Shown here: piece by piece, positions 36,961 through 51,035 of the stretch | Numbering within the stretch: the first letter of the stretch is position 1 | Layout of the letters: the number at the start of each line of letters is the position of its first letter | Assembly: GCF_964194025.1 (NCBI RefSeq) | Contig: NC_134474.1 | Coordinates: forward strand, 1 to 64,000 | Direction: 5' to 3' | From: Convolutriloba macropyga | Lineage: Eukaryota | Length of the DNA: 64,000 nt | Translations under genes and position numbers: made by a program | Notes under the pieces: model-generated | What the model was told of the DNA's origin: nothing | The model's database searches: none | The model's input: the letters and a program-made list of their open reading frames with translations, nothing else

Positions 36961-37199
36961 TTTTTTTTCAATTTAAAGTGTTTTGTGTAAAGTATTAAAC
37001 CCGAATTAAACAAAATTGAACAATTTGCCTTCTCGTTGACAATGACTGAGCGACAACTGCGAAGAAGAGAGGGCCGATCATAATTGTTGTCTGCACATTA
37101 TCAAGCCTCTTTTTTTTCTCAAAAACTACCGATATAATCTATAGAAAAAAAGTAACACTTTATTTATCCAAAAAAAGAATGTCAAGAGATAATTTCATC

Positions 37200-39900
37200 A
37201 ATGGTAGTGTAGGGTAATTAAATAATAATAGCTTCATAGATGAAAATACAGGTGAGTCATTGACAAAAAGTAATAATTAATCAGGTAGTGCACTAGAGAA
37301 GGATAAAATAAAGCGCACATCGCGCCAGGAAACAGTTGCTTTTGCCGCTTGGTACGTTTCGCAAAAATTGTTTTTGATATGTTTTTTGTATCCAGTATGG
37401 ATATTTTTTTCACCACAAAAATTATTGAACGTCGAGTTATATAAGGGAACATTTGCTTACAAAACAGTTTCGGCAAGTATTTGGTTTTTGGTATCAGTCT
37501 GCAGAAGTAGCTGTTTGCCTGTTTGTTTCAAGTTGCTTCAAAGGTTGAGTAACTAAATTTCGGAGATGCTAGTAGATGACTACTAAATTTTTTTCCACAT
37601 ATGGAAGGTCCTTTTACTTTTCAAAAAATGAGTTGCTGGCAATATTCCAAATTTTAGTTTCAAATCTCTCGGTGATTCATATTTTTTGCGATAAGTAATG
37701 GTCTTTGACGACCAAACAATTTTTTATCAAGTGGAAATATCCGTGTTTAACTTATTCGTGATAGAAGTACTGAATAATAATGTAGATGGCTAAAAACTAG
37801 AGACTGTAGAAGAAGTAGGCGATTCTGAAAGTGAAACGATTTATGCATTGCGGCATTGGTTTTAATTCCGATTGCCATTCTTAACGCCAATTTTAATTTA
37901 CTCTACGGTGATGTTTTTATTTTTCTTTTTATTTACAATTAATTCAATTTTTTCAGCATTAAGTTTAGTGAATAATTTTTGACGTATTGATTAGCTGATG
38001 TGCAAGATTTTTCATGTTTTTGAAAGCATTGCTTCAAATCTTTTTGTTCTGTGTAAAGGTGAGTGTAATCTGCGCACTGAGAAATTTTACAGTTACTTGG
38101 TATGTTTTTTGACAGCTCATTTATGTAAAGATTAAATATAAATGAACCCAATACTGTACCTTGAGGCAAACCTTGATAAAGCTTTATCCAGTCGATTTTG
38201 ACGTTGTTAACAATGGTTTGTTGCCTACGATTTGATATGAAATCAATCAGTAATTCAACAGCATTTTCACTAAAGTTAACGGAAATCAATTTTTCTTTCA
38301 AAATGTTGCGCTCGATGGAATCAAAAGTTTTAGATAAATAACGAAGAGCAGCTGTGACTATACTGTTAATGTCAACAGCCAGTCGAAACAATTCCGTGCA
38401 ATACAAAAGAGCAATTTTTGTTGAAAAGTTGTTTCTAAAACCGAATTGCGTTTCTGCAGTTTTTGTTATGCAAAAACTCAACAATTTGTTTTTGCAGCGG
38501 TCTCTCAAAAATTGTAGCTGGAGAAGCTGTCGCTGAGATAGGCCTATGGTTTTCAGCGTTATTAGAATCACCTTTATTGAACAGGGGAGTAACAAATGCG
38601 GTTTTAAGGTTGTTGGGAACCTTTTTTCACTGATGAAACTGTTAACGACGTTCGTCAAGTGTCCTGTAATTACATCGCAACCATCTTTTTAGGACCAGGA
38701 GGTATATTTAGGGTAGACACTGGTTTTGAATTCTTAAATAAAGCCTTTAGTTCTTTTTTAGCTCCAATTCTGTAATGAATCGGATATTTAACTGATTTTG
38801 TGTGCGTACTAGATGCAAGCTCAAGCTATTGAAATAATTCTTAAAATTTGCTGCTGCCAGCGTATTTGTTTTACAGAAGAAGTCACTTAACCTGAAAAAT
38901 TTATAATCTAATAAACGTGCTATTTTAAATTTTCCCGACGCATAATTAACAAAAGAATCTTTTAGGCGAAAAATTTCTGTTGATATATTCGCTGGTATTC
39001 TCATAGAATTCAAAACTTTCCAGTTTTCCTTCGAGGAAATAGTTGATTCGAATCATTTTTTAAACTAAACTGTCTCATTGAAGCTATAAGTTTTTTACAT
39101 CAAGGTTATGAAAACGCGTTTCATTGGCGCATTTGTTCTAATGCAAGAGTCATAATGCTGTTGAAGTACTTGAATTTTTGATTAGCATGGTCAAGACGCC
39201 CAATTCAAGGACCTCAGAATTGCACAAAAATGTTCTTTTGAATATTTATTTTTCATCAAAAAGTAACTTCGTGGTGGGCAGTTTCTTGATCTTCATTGTA
39301 GAATTAGAAAATAGTATCTTTGCAAAATGATCGGTTATTAAATAAGTTTTGAAAATTTTGGTTCTATGCTTGTCTTATGTAATGATAAAATCTATTATTG
39401 AAATAAATTGTTGCCTATTTGGCACAGACTTATTACAGGGTTGCAAGCTATATGGAGTTAAAACTGTATCTAAAGAAGTAAAATTAATAAAAAATAATTC
39501 CAAAAAATCAGAAGTTAAAGGTTTCCGTGGATTGTAGACTACGCCAACGATTAGTTTAATATTTTCAACGGAGATTTCTAAAAACAGAGTTTCGAAGCTG
39601 GTGTTTATTCTCAAATTGTTTCGGCTGCTCAGTTTAAGACATTTAGGCGCAAGTAGCATGGCACTATGGCCTCTGTTTTGGCTATTTGGCTTATATTGCG
39701 GTCATATCTAAAGGAAACAAGCATTTCTCTATCTATTTCCCATAGTATTGTATCATTTTCCGAAGAAAGCCAGGTCTCGGTCAAACATACGATTGTATCA
39801 TGCCCAAAATCTCCTAAAAATTTTTTAGATCTCCGTGTTTGCAATTTAGACCGGTGCAATTCAAATTTATGAATTTCAATTGATCTTCTGTTTGTTTTAC
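37200..39900 (-). mobile_element. Decayed CR1/L2-type LINE ORF2 (endonuclease and RT)
   Basis: IVCLTETWLS (39629-39859) and VGVVYNP; RT motifs QFGFR, LSKTFDSI, GLPQGTVLGSFIFNLYINE and CADYT (37939-38658). Boundaries are approximate. Confidence 0.9.
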
Positions 39901-42369
39901 ATGTTTTAAGACATCAGCATAAATACTAACGGGGCTAGATTTTTGTCAATATCCCCAGTCAAATTTAGTAATAGTAAAACACTTAAACTTAGATTGCTAG
40001 CAGCAGCAAAGATGATGCAAACGTTCAAATGAGTTTTTTTTCGATCCAAGTGGTATGAAAAGAGGGAAACTTATCATTGTTTGGTTTCGCTCTTCGAGAC
40101 ACATTATACTCTCATCATCTGTTGCAAACTGAACTAAACAGCATTACAAAAATATAAAGGGTTTTAGTTAATTAGAGCTTCAGGCAATTCGTTCATATTT
40201 GCTTAATTTGTTTTGTTGAAAATTCTTTTTCTGCTGACAAAGGCATCTATCCGAAATTAGCACAATCATTTTGGAGAAAAATGACATTTATACTCCTTAC
40301 ATTACAGCTTTGCCTTAACGATGAACGAATGGGAAAAGATGGGCAAAAGTTGACGAATCAATTGATAGAATTGGGAAACAACTGGGTGAAAATATATACT
40401 GTAATTGAACAACTACATATTTTGCACCCATTATGGCCTGGGAAATGTGTATAGCATGGTGCTTTTACACGACGGAAGAATTAAAAGTCATCGGGAGTGG
40501 TACTTACATGTGATTCTGGTGGGTGGGGGGGGTAGAGCGGGGAATATGTGAAAAAAATTACCTGATTATATGTTGCATTTTCTGACTTGGAAAATTCAAG
40601 TTTCAATTCTATTCCTAATTTTTCATGAAGGTTTTGTAAAAATGACTTTCACAAGGTGATCATTCAAAATTTTTTAATCCAGTTTTAAATTAAAAGACAA
40701 TAATTTTGGTCTGAGCTCTAAAAACGAAAAACTGTCAAACAATATATGTCAAGTTGCTTATTTTTTGGCATGGAGTTATTTTCTGATTGGTCAGAAAAGT
40801 TCGCTACAAAATTTGGTGCCATAATTGGGGAGAAATTGTCCATTTTTTATTGTACAAAGTTGGCATAATGAAGTTATACCGTGATAAGTTGCTTAGTATA
40901 ATCATCACTTCGATATCAGCATCCATTTATTTAATTATTTTCTGTCTGATTTGAAAAGTGTTGAGCAGCTTTTCCATCCATCTTCATTTAATTATTGTGA
41001 GACATACAAAAAGTCTTAATAATCAAACTGCGCAAAAGGTATCCATTTAGAATATTACTTTTTCTACTTCAATCTAACTTTGGCGTCACAAAAATTGGGC
41101 GGGCTAATCTTTTCGTAAATTAAATGAGTAATACTTACTTTTCCCGTAATAGAGAAAAACCATTATACAACCAATAATGGGGTGATAGATTAATTAAGGG
41201 AAAATTTTACCAACCAACAATTTTTCATCACACAACATTTCTGTTTTTTTTTCAGTGGACTGGCATGATGAAAGACCTGGAAAGATTTTTCCTAGGCTTA
41301 ATTATTGAAAAAAATTAGTATAGTAACAAAATTGTATTGGAAATAAAAATCAAATACGGCGAATTTGGCGCAACTCTAATACTGAACTAGACAAGGGATT
41401 CCATTTCGTTGTCGTCAATTTGTGTTAAATTGTTTCGGAATGAAGAAGCATAATTAATCATTAAGTTGAAAAATTATCAATCACTAGTGATCCGTGACTT
41501 AAAAAGAAGCAGATTCAAATTGATTTTCGTGTGAGCTAAATTGAAGATGATTAATTGGCTAATTGCAAACAGAAATGATTATGTAGGACGCATAATTTCT
41601 TGCTGGTGCTCAGTGAATAATGTATTTCGAGTAAAGTTAGATTTCTGTCTTATTTGAGTTTAATTTTCGCAAAACAGGTTATTGTTTCAAAAGAGCCAGC
41701 GAGGAGCTTTAAGTGAAATTAGTGAAATCAATAACAAACAAATTAGTGAAAAAATCAAATAGAGTTGTCAATTTTTATCAATTACTTAGCATAACTGAAT
41801 ATGAGCATCAGGTCAGAATCCAACCGAGTGATTAGATTAAGTTAATTATAGACATCCACTAGAAAGCGAATTTAATTTTTAAGCGTACTTTATAGTTTGT
41901 AGAGTTTGAGTTTGAAGAAAGGAAACTAAGTTTACTACAAACAAACTTATCTGAGGGCAGACTACTTCGGGCATCGGGAAACCGCATTTGAGGCTAGATT
42001 GGAGCTTCACCAACCGCGAGGGAACTACAGTACGCCGGTGCTGCGGGACGTAAAATTTTAATCGCTAGTGGAGTACTTGTGCTAGCCCTATTGTTTTTGG
42101 AGAGGTGGTGTAACTTTTTCAGGGCTTTCAGTGGTGATATCATTATCCTTAGGGTGCGACCAGAGTTTGGTCCATTGAGTTGACCAGATTGCCGAAAACC
42201 GGAAGTTTTGACTTTGAGCGGCTGAATGGCTTTGAAATGCTAAAAACATGATGACCCCAGACAGTTATTAACAAATTTCTGCAGCCGGAAAGTTTCGACG
42301 AATTAGCGTTTTCGTTTTTTGGCACCTACGATTCGAAGAAAAATTTAAAAATGCAGAGACTTTAAACGG

Positions 42370-44580
42370 AAAAAATTTTTGGCATGCAACTAACTGTCAT
42401 CCCATAAACTCTACAGAGTGAATTCAACGAAAATGTGTGCGCAATCGCTTCTGGCGTAGAATTGAGTTAGATCATGGAAATTGGTCTGTTGGTCCACCTG
42501 TTGTTACGGTTTCAGCAACATAAGTTGTTTTTATCAAAGTGACCTCTCATCATGAACGCGTGTCACTTTACTGATTTATATTGGTCAAATTTGTTTTTTT
42601 TTGTTGTAAAAATGGCCATGTTTGTCATATTTAGCATCAAAAATTTGCGTTAAATGGTGTTACATTTGCTAAAATTTTTTTAGTAATTTTTGGTTTAAGC
42701 TAAATTAACGCAGGACTGTTGAAAAAATTAATTACATTAAGTTGATCCAGATTCCGGAAACGGAGCGTTAAAAACGTTTCAGGTACCGTATTTAGGTCTA
42801 CTATGCAAACAGTGATGAAGATGTCGGGCGCATTATTTTATTGAGCGTAGTGGGTTTCCTTGCATAAGAGTTAATAATTGGTAATTTTTGCATTGCTATG
42901 TTTACATAATTGCTATCTATTTTTGGGGCCACAAAAATTGTGCGGGCTTGTCTTCTCGCCAGTTAAGTGGCATGCAAATATTTGCCATCCCATAGTTTCC
43001 ACCGGTAAAGTCAACGACAATGTGTGCTCAAAAAAGTCTGGTGTAGTAATAAGATGGATCATGGAAGCTGGTTTGTTGGTCCACGTGTTGGTACGATGTC
43101 TGCAACATTATTTGTTCTTATCAAACTAACCTCTCATCATGAATGCCTGTCCCTTTCGTGGTTTGTGTTGGTCAATTTTCGCTTTTTCTACAGAGCCTTG
43201 AACATTTCGGCGTTTCTAACATGTGGAACATGCGCTGAATGCTGTTAAGAGTAATAAAAATTTCTTCCTAGATTTTAGATTAGTTTTCAATAAACGAAGG
43301 GTTGTTGACAGAGATCGATTAAAGTTAGTTGTTCCTGATAGGGGAAACGGAGCGATAAAAACGTTTCAGGTGGCGTCATTACGTTTGCCGATCAATCACT
43401 GACTGAGTTGTCATGAGCATAATCTTATAGAGCCAAATGGGTTTGTATACATAAGGGTCTAAAGGTCGGTTACATAAGTTGAGGTGAATGATGAAATATG
43501 ACTGACAGTATTTAACTGATTGATCAAAATTTTGCAATGCTATATTTACAAAATATCTATCTAATCTTTGCGTCACAAAAATTGTGCGGGCTAATCCTTC
43601 GCCAGTTAAAAAGCATGCAACTATTTGCCATCCCATAGTTACCACCGGTTAAGTCAACGACAATGTGTGCGCAGTCATACCTGGCGTATTTTTGAGTTAG
43701 ATCATCAAAATTGGTCCGTTGGTCTACCTGCTTTTAAGATTTGTGTGACATGAGCCGTTTTTTTTTACCATATTGACCTCTTATTGTGGACACGGGTCCT
43801 TTACTAAACAATGGTGGTCAATTTTTGTTTTCGCTGAAAAATTTCCCTGGAATTTCCCATTTCTAATATCAGGAATATGAATTGAATGGTGTAAAAAATA
43901 ATAAAATCTCTTCCTATATTTCGGGTTAGGTTTTAATTAATGCAGGACTGTTGACAGAGATCCATTAAAATTAGTTGTTCCTGATAGCGGAAACGGAGCG
44001 ATAAAAGCGTTTGATAAGCAAACAATAACTGAATTGTCTTGAGCATAAATTTATACAGCGAAGGGGCTTTCGATACATAATGGTCTAAAGATAGTTTACA
44101 TAAGTTGAAGTGAACGATGAAAAATGGCTCACAGCGTGTGAATGATGGATCCAAATTTTGAAATACTATTTTTACAAATTTTTTAGTTATTCCAACTTTT
44201 GCGTCACAAAAAATAAGCGGGTTAATCCTTGACCAGTTACAAGGCATGCAACTATTTGCCGTCCCATAGTTTCCACTGGTGAAGTAAACAACAAAGTGTG
44301 CGCAATCATATCTGGTGTATTATTGAATTAGATCACGGAAGTTGGTTCATTGGTCTACCTGCTATTACGATTTCCGTGATATTTTCTTTCATTTTTTTTA
44401 TTTCCGTAAATTTTCATAAGCCAACATTGACTGATTTGTGATGAGCATAATGTTATAAAGCGAAGGGCATTTCTATACCTAGAAGTCTAAAGGTCGGCTA
44501 CTTAAGATGAGATGAGAGATGATAATTGACTCACAACAGTTAAATTTAAGGTCAAATTCTTGCAATGCTATGTTAACGTA
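42370..44580. repeat. Degenerate tandem array, ~3.5 units of ~550-640 bp
   Basis: GCATGCAA...CCCATA...CAAC..CAA.GTGTGC...TAGATCA...TTGGTC.ACCTG recurs near 42380, 42970, 43610 and 44245; GGAAACGGAGCG.TAAAA recurs three times. Confidence 0.85.
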
Positions 44581-46229
44581 ATTAAAGCGACCGCTCTCAA
44601 GAAATGTGATGATTTTGAACTGTAAAAAGCAATGTTTTTTTAAAAGACCAACGTTCTTTGCATCAGATAGGACCGTGTTGGTTGTGCATAAACTGAAACT
44701 AAACACAGGTAGAGAGACTAAGAGAGATCGAGAATGTCAACAAGATTTAATAGCTGAGAACGAGAGTTACCAGGGAAATTTTTTATAGAGAATCAAACCA
44801 AAGAGTTTGTAAAAATGCTTATAAGAAAAAAGCGGAGACATTTTGTTTAGTGAGACATTAGTGTGTTTCGTGTGTTTATGAACAGTATTCGGAAATGGTA
44901 AATCAGTTCGAATGCTGTGAGCAGGTGGGCTATTTCCACAAGGGAGTACTGTTGTTTCCATTGAAGTTTAGGTCTTATTTGTAAAAGGGTTTAAAATTGT
45001 CGAAGGGGAACTTGCAAGATTCTAAAGTAGTGCTTTTTTCACCAATTATAAAATTTTTGGTTAAAATTATTTGATCAAACATCTTGGCGAAAGGGTCCCC
45101 TCGCCTTTTTCTCAAATTCAGAGGAGGCACTAATGGGTGTGTTTTTCTCCATTGTTACATTTTGATGCGTGTTAGTTTTTGAAAAATCCAAGAGCTTTCT
45201 ACATTGACCTTGTGTACAGCTAACATTTTTTAGAGTAGATGAAGAATTGTTTTTGATACAAGTTACAATTAGTTTTGTAATGTTTGGTTATCAATTAGTT
45301 AAAGGTTTTCCTCCAAAAGTTTACGAGATTCGAAAGACTGGCGTGCACATTTTTCAGCCATTGTATGAGGCTCGGATGAACGGAAGAGAAGAAGATAATC
45401 GTTTGCCTACAAAATTGCGCGGACATGCAAACAATGCGGTACGGGGTCTACGAAGAGGTTATTTCCGGCAATGGGTGAAAATGGAGCATCGAACCTAACG
45501 TTGACTTTGTGTATGTTTGATACACATTTGTCCGATAATCCACTCCTTTATAAGCAAAGCCACAAATTGTTTGTCCGAGCGAATATCGAAGTTGTCAGTG
45601 AAACAATTCATTGTAAGAGGACTGAAAAGAATTCATGTGAGAGTTAACCTTCAGGAACGCCCACCAATGATTTTTTGGGCGGCACAAACTTCCAGAAAAA
45701 ACTGAAAGTAAGGTGGAATTCATTGAATGCAATCAAGCAGTATATAATGTAACGCAGCAGAACTCTCCTCAAAGGAAGTTGAAGCGGACAAACGGAAAAT
45801 TTCGAAATCCCTGATTGTATGAAATTTGGCAGCTCTTTAAACTCCTGGAGAAGTTGGGTGTACGCTTGACTGATGCCTTAATTGCCGAGGAGTGAAGTAA
45901 GTATTTATAAAACTTCTTTTCAGACATGAAATTTTATGTAATTTGATACAAAAGATTCCGAGAAGAAACCTAAAAATTCAGCAGATTTGACCTCATTAGC
46001 TGCAACGGTGTAGTCTACCACTAATTCCATTGTGAAGGACTTTGAGAAGTCATCAAGTTCGAGAGAAACTGGTTGGCGGATCGTAGTTGAAGCGCAGAAC
46101 AGGCAAAGAAATGTAGCAATCAACCAACGCAGTGGTTTCAAACAGTTAAAAAGGAGCTACAGGAATGAGTGCGATTGCAGTTGTACAAAAAAGTTTAACA
46201 ATCTCTTCAGAACAACCAAACAATTTGAC

Positions 46230-47200
46230 GAGCATCAAGGTGGGCTGAAAGTGGGATTGCAGACAAATTTCATCAAAAGTTGAATTCTGCAATGATGTAT
46301 GATTTGGAGGACGGAGAGCAACAGGACGAGGGATGAAACAAGCAGATTTTTGAAGAATTTAATGACAAATTCGGAAGACGGATTGCAAAAAAGTTTCATG
46401 AGATCGCCAAACTATTACTGAAAAGCGATTGTTAAGTCGAAATAAAAACCAAGCTGTTTGTGAGCTTCAAGTCAACTGTCGTCATAGGGGGCTTCTATGA
46501 GCGAAAAAATCGATGGAAGAAAAGGTGGACGTCATTTGAAGCGTCAGGAGAAATTTTTGTTCTATGAGTATATGATGAGCGAGCGAGACATTGACAACTA
46601 AATTATTCGAACCTAGTCAATTGCCAGTCTCTGCCTTTTTTGCACTAATAAGCGTTAAATGGTATACTTATAAAGCACTATCGCCGTTGGGGAAAATTGA
46701 CGAGCTTCAATTGGAACGCGCAGAAGTGTATAGATTGACTATGGGTTTGATTAAAAGGTGACAACTGCACGGATGTATTATTGGGAGGACGGACACCCAC
46801 GGCAGACGAGGGGGGACACCAGCAGATTCTTGAAAAAATTGAAGAAAAAGTCGCATGACGGAATGCATCAATTTTTCATGAGTTTGCAAAACTGTTATGG
46901 GAAAATCGATCTTCAAGTCGGAAAGAGAAAAGAGGCTGTTTGATTGCATCAAGTATAATAATGTCATGGAGGGTTTGTATGAGGACAAATATTTATATAA
47001 TAGGAATTGGATGTCCACTGAAGCATCAGGAGTATTTTTTGACGCGCAATTGTACATGTGTATGATGAGTGGGACTTTTACAGCTAAGTGATTCAAACCT
47101 TGTTATGTGCCACTACCTGCCTAATTTGCACCAATAGGGCATTTAACAGTAAACTTATCAAGCGCTATAGCCGTAGGAATAATTTTTTTAAACGATTGTT
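46230..47200. repeat. Ancient ~480-bp direct duplication
   Basis: GACGAGGG...AGCAGATT.TTGAA.AATT...TTTCATGAG...AAGTCG.AA...GCTGTTTG...GTCAT.G.GGG...GAAGC.TCAGGAG occurs at ~46325 and ~46805. Confidence 0.75.
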
Positions 47201-50200
47201 TGAGGAAAAACTGGTTTATTGTCGTTTCTTAGAGAATATTTTGATTATGATTCTTCAGTCTTCCGGTTGTCGGGCTCGCTTGATATATATGTTTGAGGTA
47301 GTAGCATTTAATCGAAAGTTGTCGGCTCTATTGTGATGTGCAAAAAAGCGATTGTATTTTTCTAACACAATTTTTGAATTGTTTGTCAATATATGCAGAT
47401 AGATTTCTTATAAAGCGGCTTAGCTCAAATGGCCGAATTACCTATATGTTCTTAATTTTCTGTAGGATTAATTCTCTTAATTTTCTATGACGGCTGTAGG
47501 AGAATGATTTGCAGTTCCTCCGAAGAAAAAAATGCCAGTTACTTAGCAAAGTTGTTTATGCGGATCAGGTCAGTGTTGTATATGTGATCAGGCCTAGATA
47601 ACTTTAGACATCCACTAAAGAGTGATTTTAATTTCGAGGGTTATATTGTAGTTAGAAGAGAACCAGATTTTGAATTTGAAGTGAAGAAACTATTTTTAAA
47701 GAAAATGATTAATCTAGTTGTTTTATGAAAATAGGGTAACGCCTGGATGGCAAAATGTTAAGGACTTCAAAAAACTTTTTGATGTCCAATCAATTTAAAA
47801 TTGAAAGAAAGTTTTGCTGAACGTAAAAAGAAGTGAATAAATTTTGATTCTTTTTCATTCTGAAAACGAAAAGAGAATAAATTTTTTGTCTCCCGTAAAA
47901 GCTGAACTTATAACTATGTGGATGTTTCTCGAATAATTGTTCAAAAGTTGTAGAGATACACGGTCAAATTAATATTTTCTTCAAGCAGTTGGAGCCTGAC
48001 TAGCATGATGTGAAAGACTTCAACTCTATAGGTCAAAAATTGTCATTCGGGCTGAATAGTTAAGCAACTGATTGACTTTGATATGGGAATAATTTGATAA
48101 ACCAAGAGAACAAGTGATAAAATGTTCGCACCCGATCACTTTTGTCGAATGCACAGGAGGTTTGAGGATAAATTGTGTCTTTATGTTTCTGCTCGAAGAA
48201 TAATGGAATCCTAAATCGCAAGTTTTGACCTTTGTAATTTTAGTTCACATTGAAATTTGGCAAAAATGAGTGCACGATTTTTTTGGTGTAATATTGTTCT
48301 TTAGATAATACCGTGAGTTGGAGGTAGATTGGTTTACCTGTGGGAACACTTTATTTGGGATGATAGTTGTGTTTTTACCATATGGAGTCTTTGTCTCTGA
48401 TGTTTGTCCCCTACGTGATGGCTGTTGACAGAGACTGCCTAAAGTTATGAAATTGCATCGATAAGAATGCTCCAAGTAGCGATTTAAAATTTATTATGCA
48501 ATCAGTGATTGAGATGTCAAGCACGTCATGTTGAAAAAGTAATCGTGCTTGTTTACTTCAGAATTCATAGGTCGGTTATTTAAGATAAAGTGAAAGTTGA
48601 CCAATTGCTAACAGCAGTTGAATGATGGATCAAGTTTTGCAATGATTTGTTTGCATGAGTAAACAGACGACGGAAATTAACATTTATTTAACCGAGAGGA
48701 GCAATTCCAGAAATCGAATCGTGGAAAAAAGGCTTTAAAATGTTCAGTTTAGCGAGCCTAAATTTGGGATGAAAGTTTGCAAATTTAGGACCAGTTTCAA
48801 GACTGAAAGTTTTGATTAATTTCATGTGAAGGTGGATCCCTGGTTTTGTGTTAGTATTATTATCTTAATTACTATAATAAATTGCCATAAAAATGTTCTC
48901 CCATTGAGGTGCAAGCAGTTTTTTTCTAAATGACCAGTCTTTTGCGAATTACCTAATTAGGTGGCAATCTAAGTTTCAGTAGCGTCCAGAAGTGGAAGAG
49001 GGGAACTAGAGATGCAGCAACGTAGATCTTTCTTCATCAATTAATATCAATTTGTTTATTTTGTTTGACGAAACCTTTGATGACAGTGTCCCTCCATTGT
49101 GCAACGTAGCTGAAAATCAGAAAGCGACAGATTGTCAAAGAGTGATTGTGTAAATTTTTAAAAAGACGCAACTTTTATGCACTTTCACGTTTTTAAATTC
49201 CGAAATGATATTAAATAAATTTATGGACTAATAGGATAACGACAATCTTGTGATTGTTTTCTGTCATGAACACTATTCGCAACCGTCCTGATAGCTTAAT
49301 TTCTTTTTTTATAATTACTTTTGTTCTAGATTCCTCTTGCTGCTGCGTAAAGGCATAGCAAAACCTAGATCGCCCGATGTTAAAGGAAAAAAAACATGCT
49401 CATTATGTATCGAAATAAATCGGGCCCTCGTGACTGGAAATTTCAATATACTTTCCACACATTCACAGTACAATATATATTTTTAATTGCAATGCATATC
49501 TTGAAAGCCTGAAAAAAATGTCTTCATAAATCTTCCACCATGATCATAGTTGTGCCAAAGACTCTATCTGCATTAAACCATTCAAAAATTTCACCCAATT
49601 AATGCAATTTTTTTTCTGTTTATCGGCACAGTTTTATGCCGAATTTGCCAAATACTAACTGCTGCAATAGCTCTTTGCTTTTTTTCCAGAATTTGAAGCA
49701 CTTAAATATGTATTTTTGTGTTTACAATTATTTTCAGTTCTCTTTGCTGAGATATCTGATTAATTTAATATTGAAAATGGGGTAATTTATTCAACTATGA
49801 GAAAAAAAGAAGTTATCACTTATCATATCCTTGAAAATTGCTCCCAACAAATACGAAAATATACATAATCTGGAAAAAAACTCAAATAAAAGCTTATTAC
49901 AGATTTTTTCATATAAAAGTTGGATGACTAAAACTTTTAAGCTTGAAAAATGAATGACAACCTCTTGTCGCCATTCAACCAAAAAAAATTTGCGAGGACT
50001 ACCCTTTATTTCGTGATTCAAAGACAGTCTCTTCAGAAAACCACTGCTTTTAAAATATTTCATTGAATAATATTTGATCTAAAACTCCTCTTTCCTCAAA
50101 ATTAGAGTTCCTAAAGATTTCCGGTATAATTCTTTAAGGAAATTTATTTTCCGAGATAATTTTTTTTGTACAGGATTTCTAAGGCATCTACTCAGTCACG

Positions 50201-50488
50201 CAAAACGGAAAGGAAGATGAAAGATTTTTCATTGAATAAAAAAACTAATCGCACTCACTTTATCAATTTAATAGTAATGTGAATCACTCTTGCTTTTCGC
50301 GAATACGCTAAAAATCAAATATATTTAATGAAAAACACGAATAAATTACTTTGAGCAAAAAAAATCATGCCCCTTGTGAATTTGTCACGAATAATAGTGA
50401 AGTTGCACCATTAGTTGATTGCGATCGTTTTTGTTTCGAGTCTGTGGTTTTACACAGTAATTGATTATGTAAAAATATGGCAGGTAAA

Positions 50489-50548
50489 TTTGGGGAGTGC
50501 TAATAATACGCAACCACTAAGCTGGGGGGAACAAACTGTTAATATCCG
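50489..50548 (-). mobile_element. MITE end fragment
   Basis: GTGCTAATAATACGCAACCACTAAGCTGGGGGGAACAAAC matches the end of the 63810-63958 copy. Confidence 0.6.
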
Positions 50549-51035
50549 TTGACTGACGTGCATTTATTTCGTCTGAACTTAACAAATTGTCAGATCTGAC
50601 CAATTTCTTGCCAATAATGTAAACATGAAGCATCGCTCACTTGAAAACTTTTTGCGTTTGCTTCGATTCCTTGGAAGGTGAGCTGTAAGATCTCTTTAAT
50701 TTCTCATTAAAAAGAACGAGCCAAGAATGAGCAAGAAGGAATCGAAAGTGGGCATACTGTTTTTACGCCCAGGTGCACGTGCTGTATATTTACATAGATT
50801 TGTGCTATGTGGTAAATCAGGTTTATGAGCGGGGAGGGCATAAAGAACACCGGCAGAGTCGAATTAGAAGAAATCCTTTCATTTTTACGCAGAATTTTGC
50901 AAAGTGTACCAAGATAAGAGCCGTTTTTTGTAGGTACTACTGTGAGTTTATTTGATAATAAAATAAACGATGAGTCTCTAAACGTTTTGCAGCAGGTCAA
51001 GGAAGTTTCATCACATTTTTTCAGCCCTAAACAGA

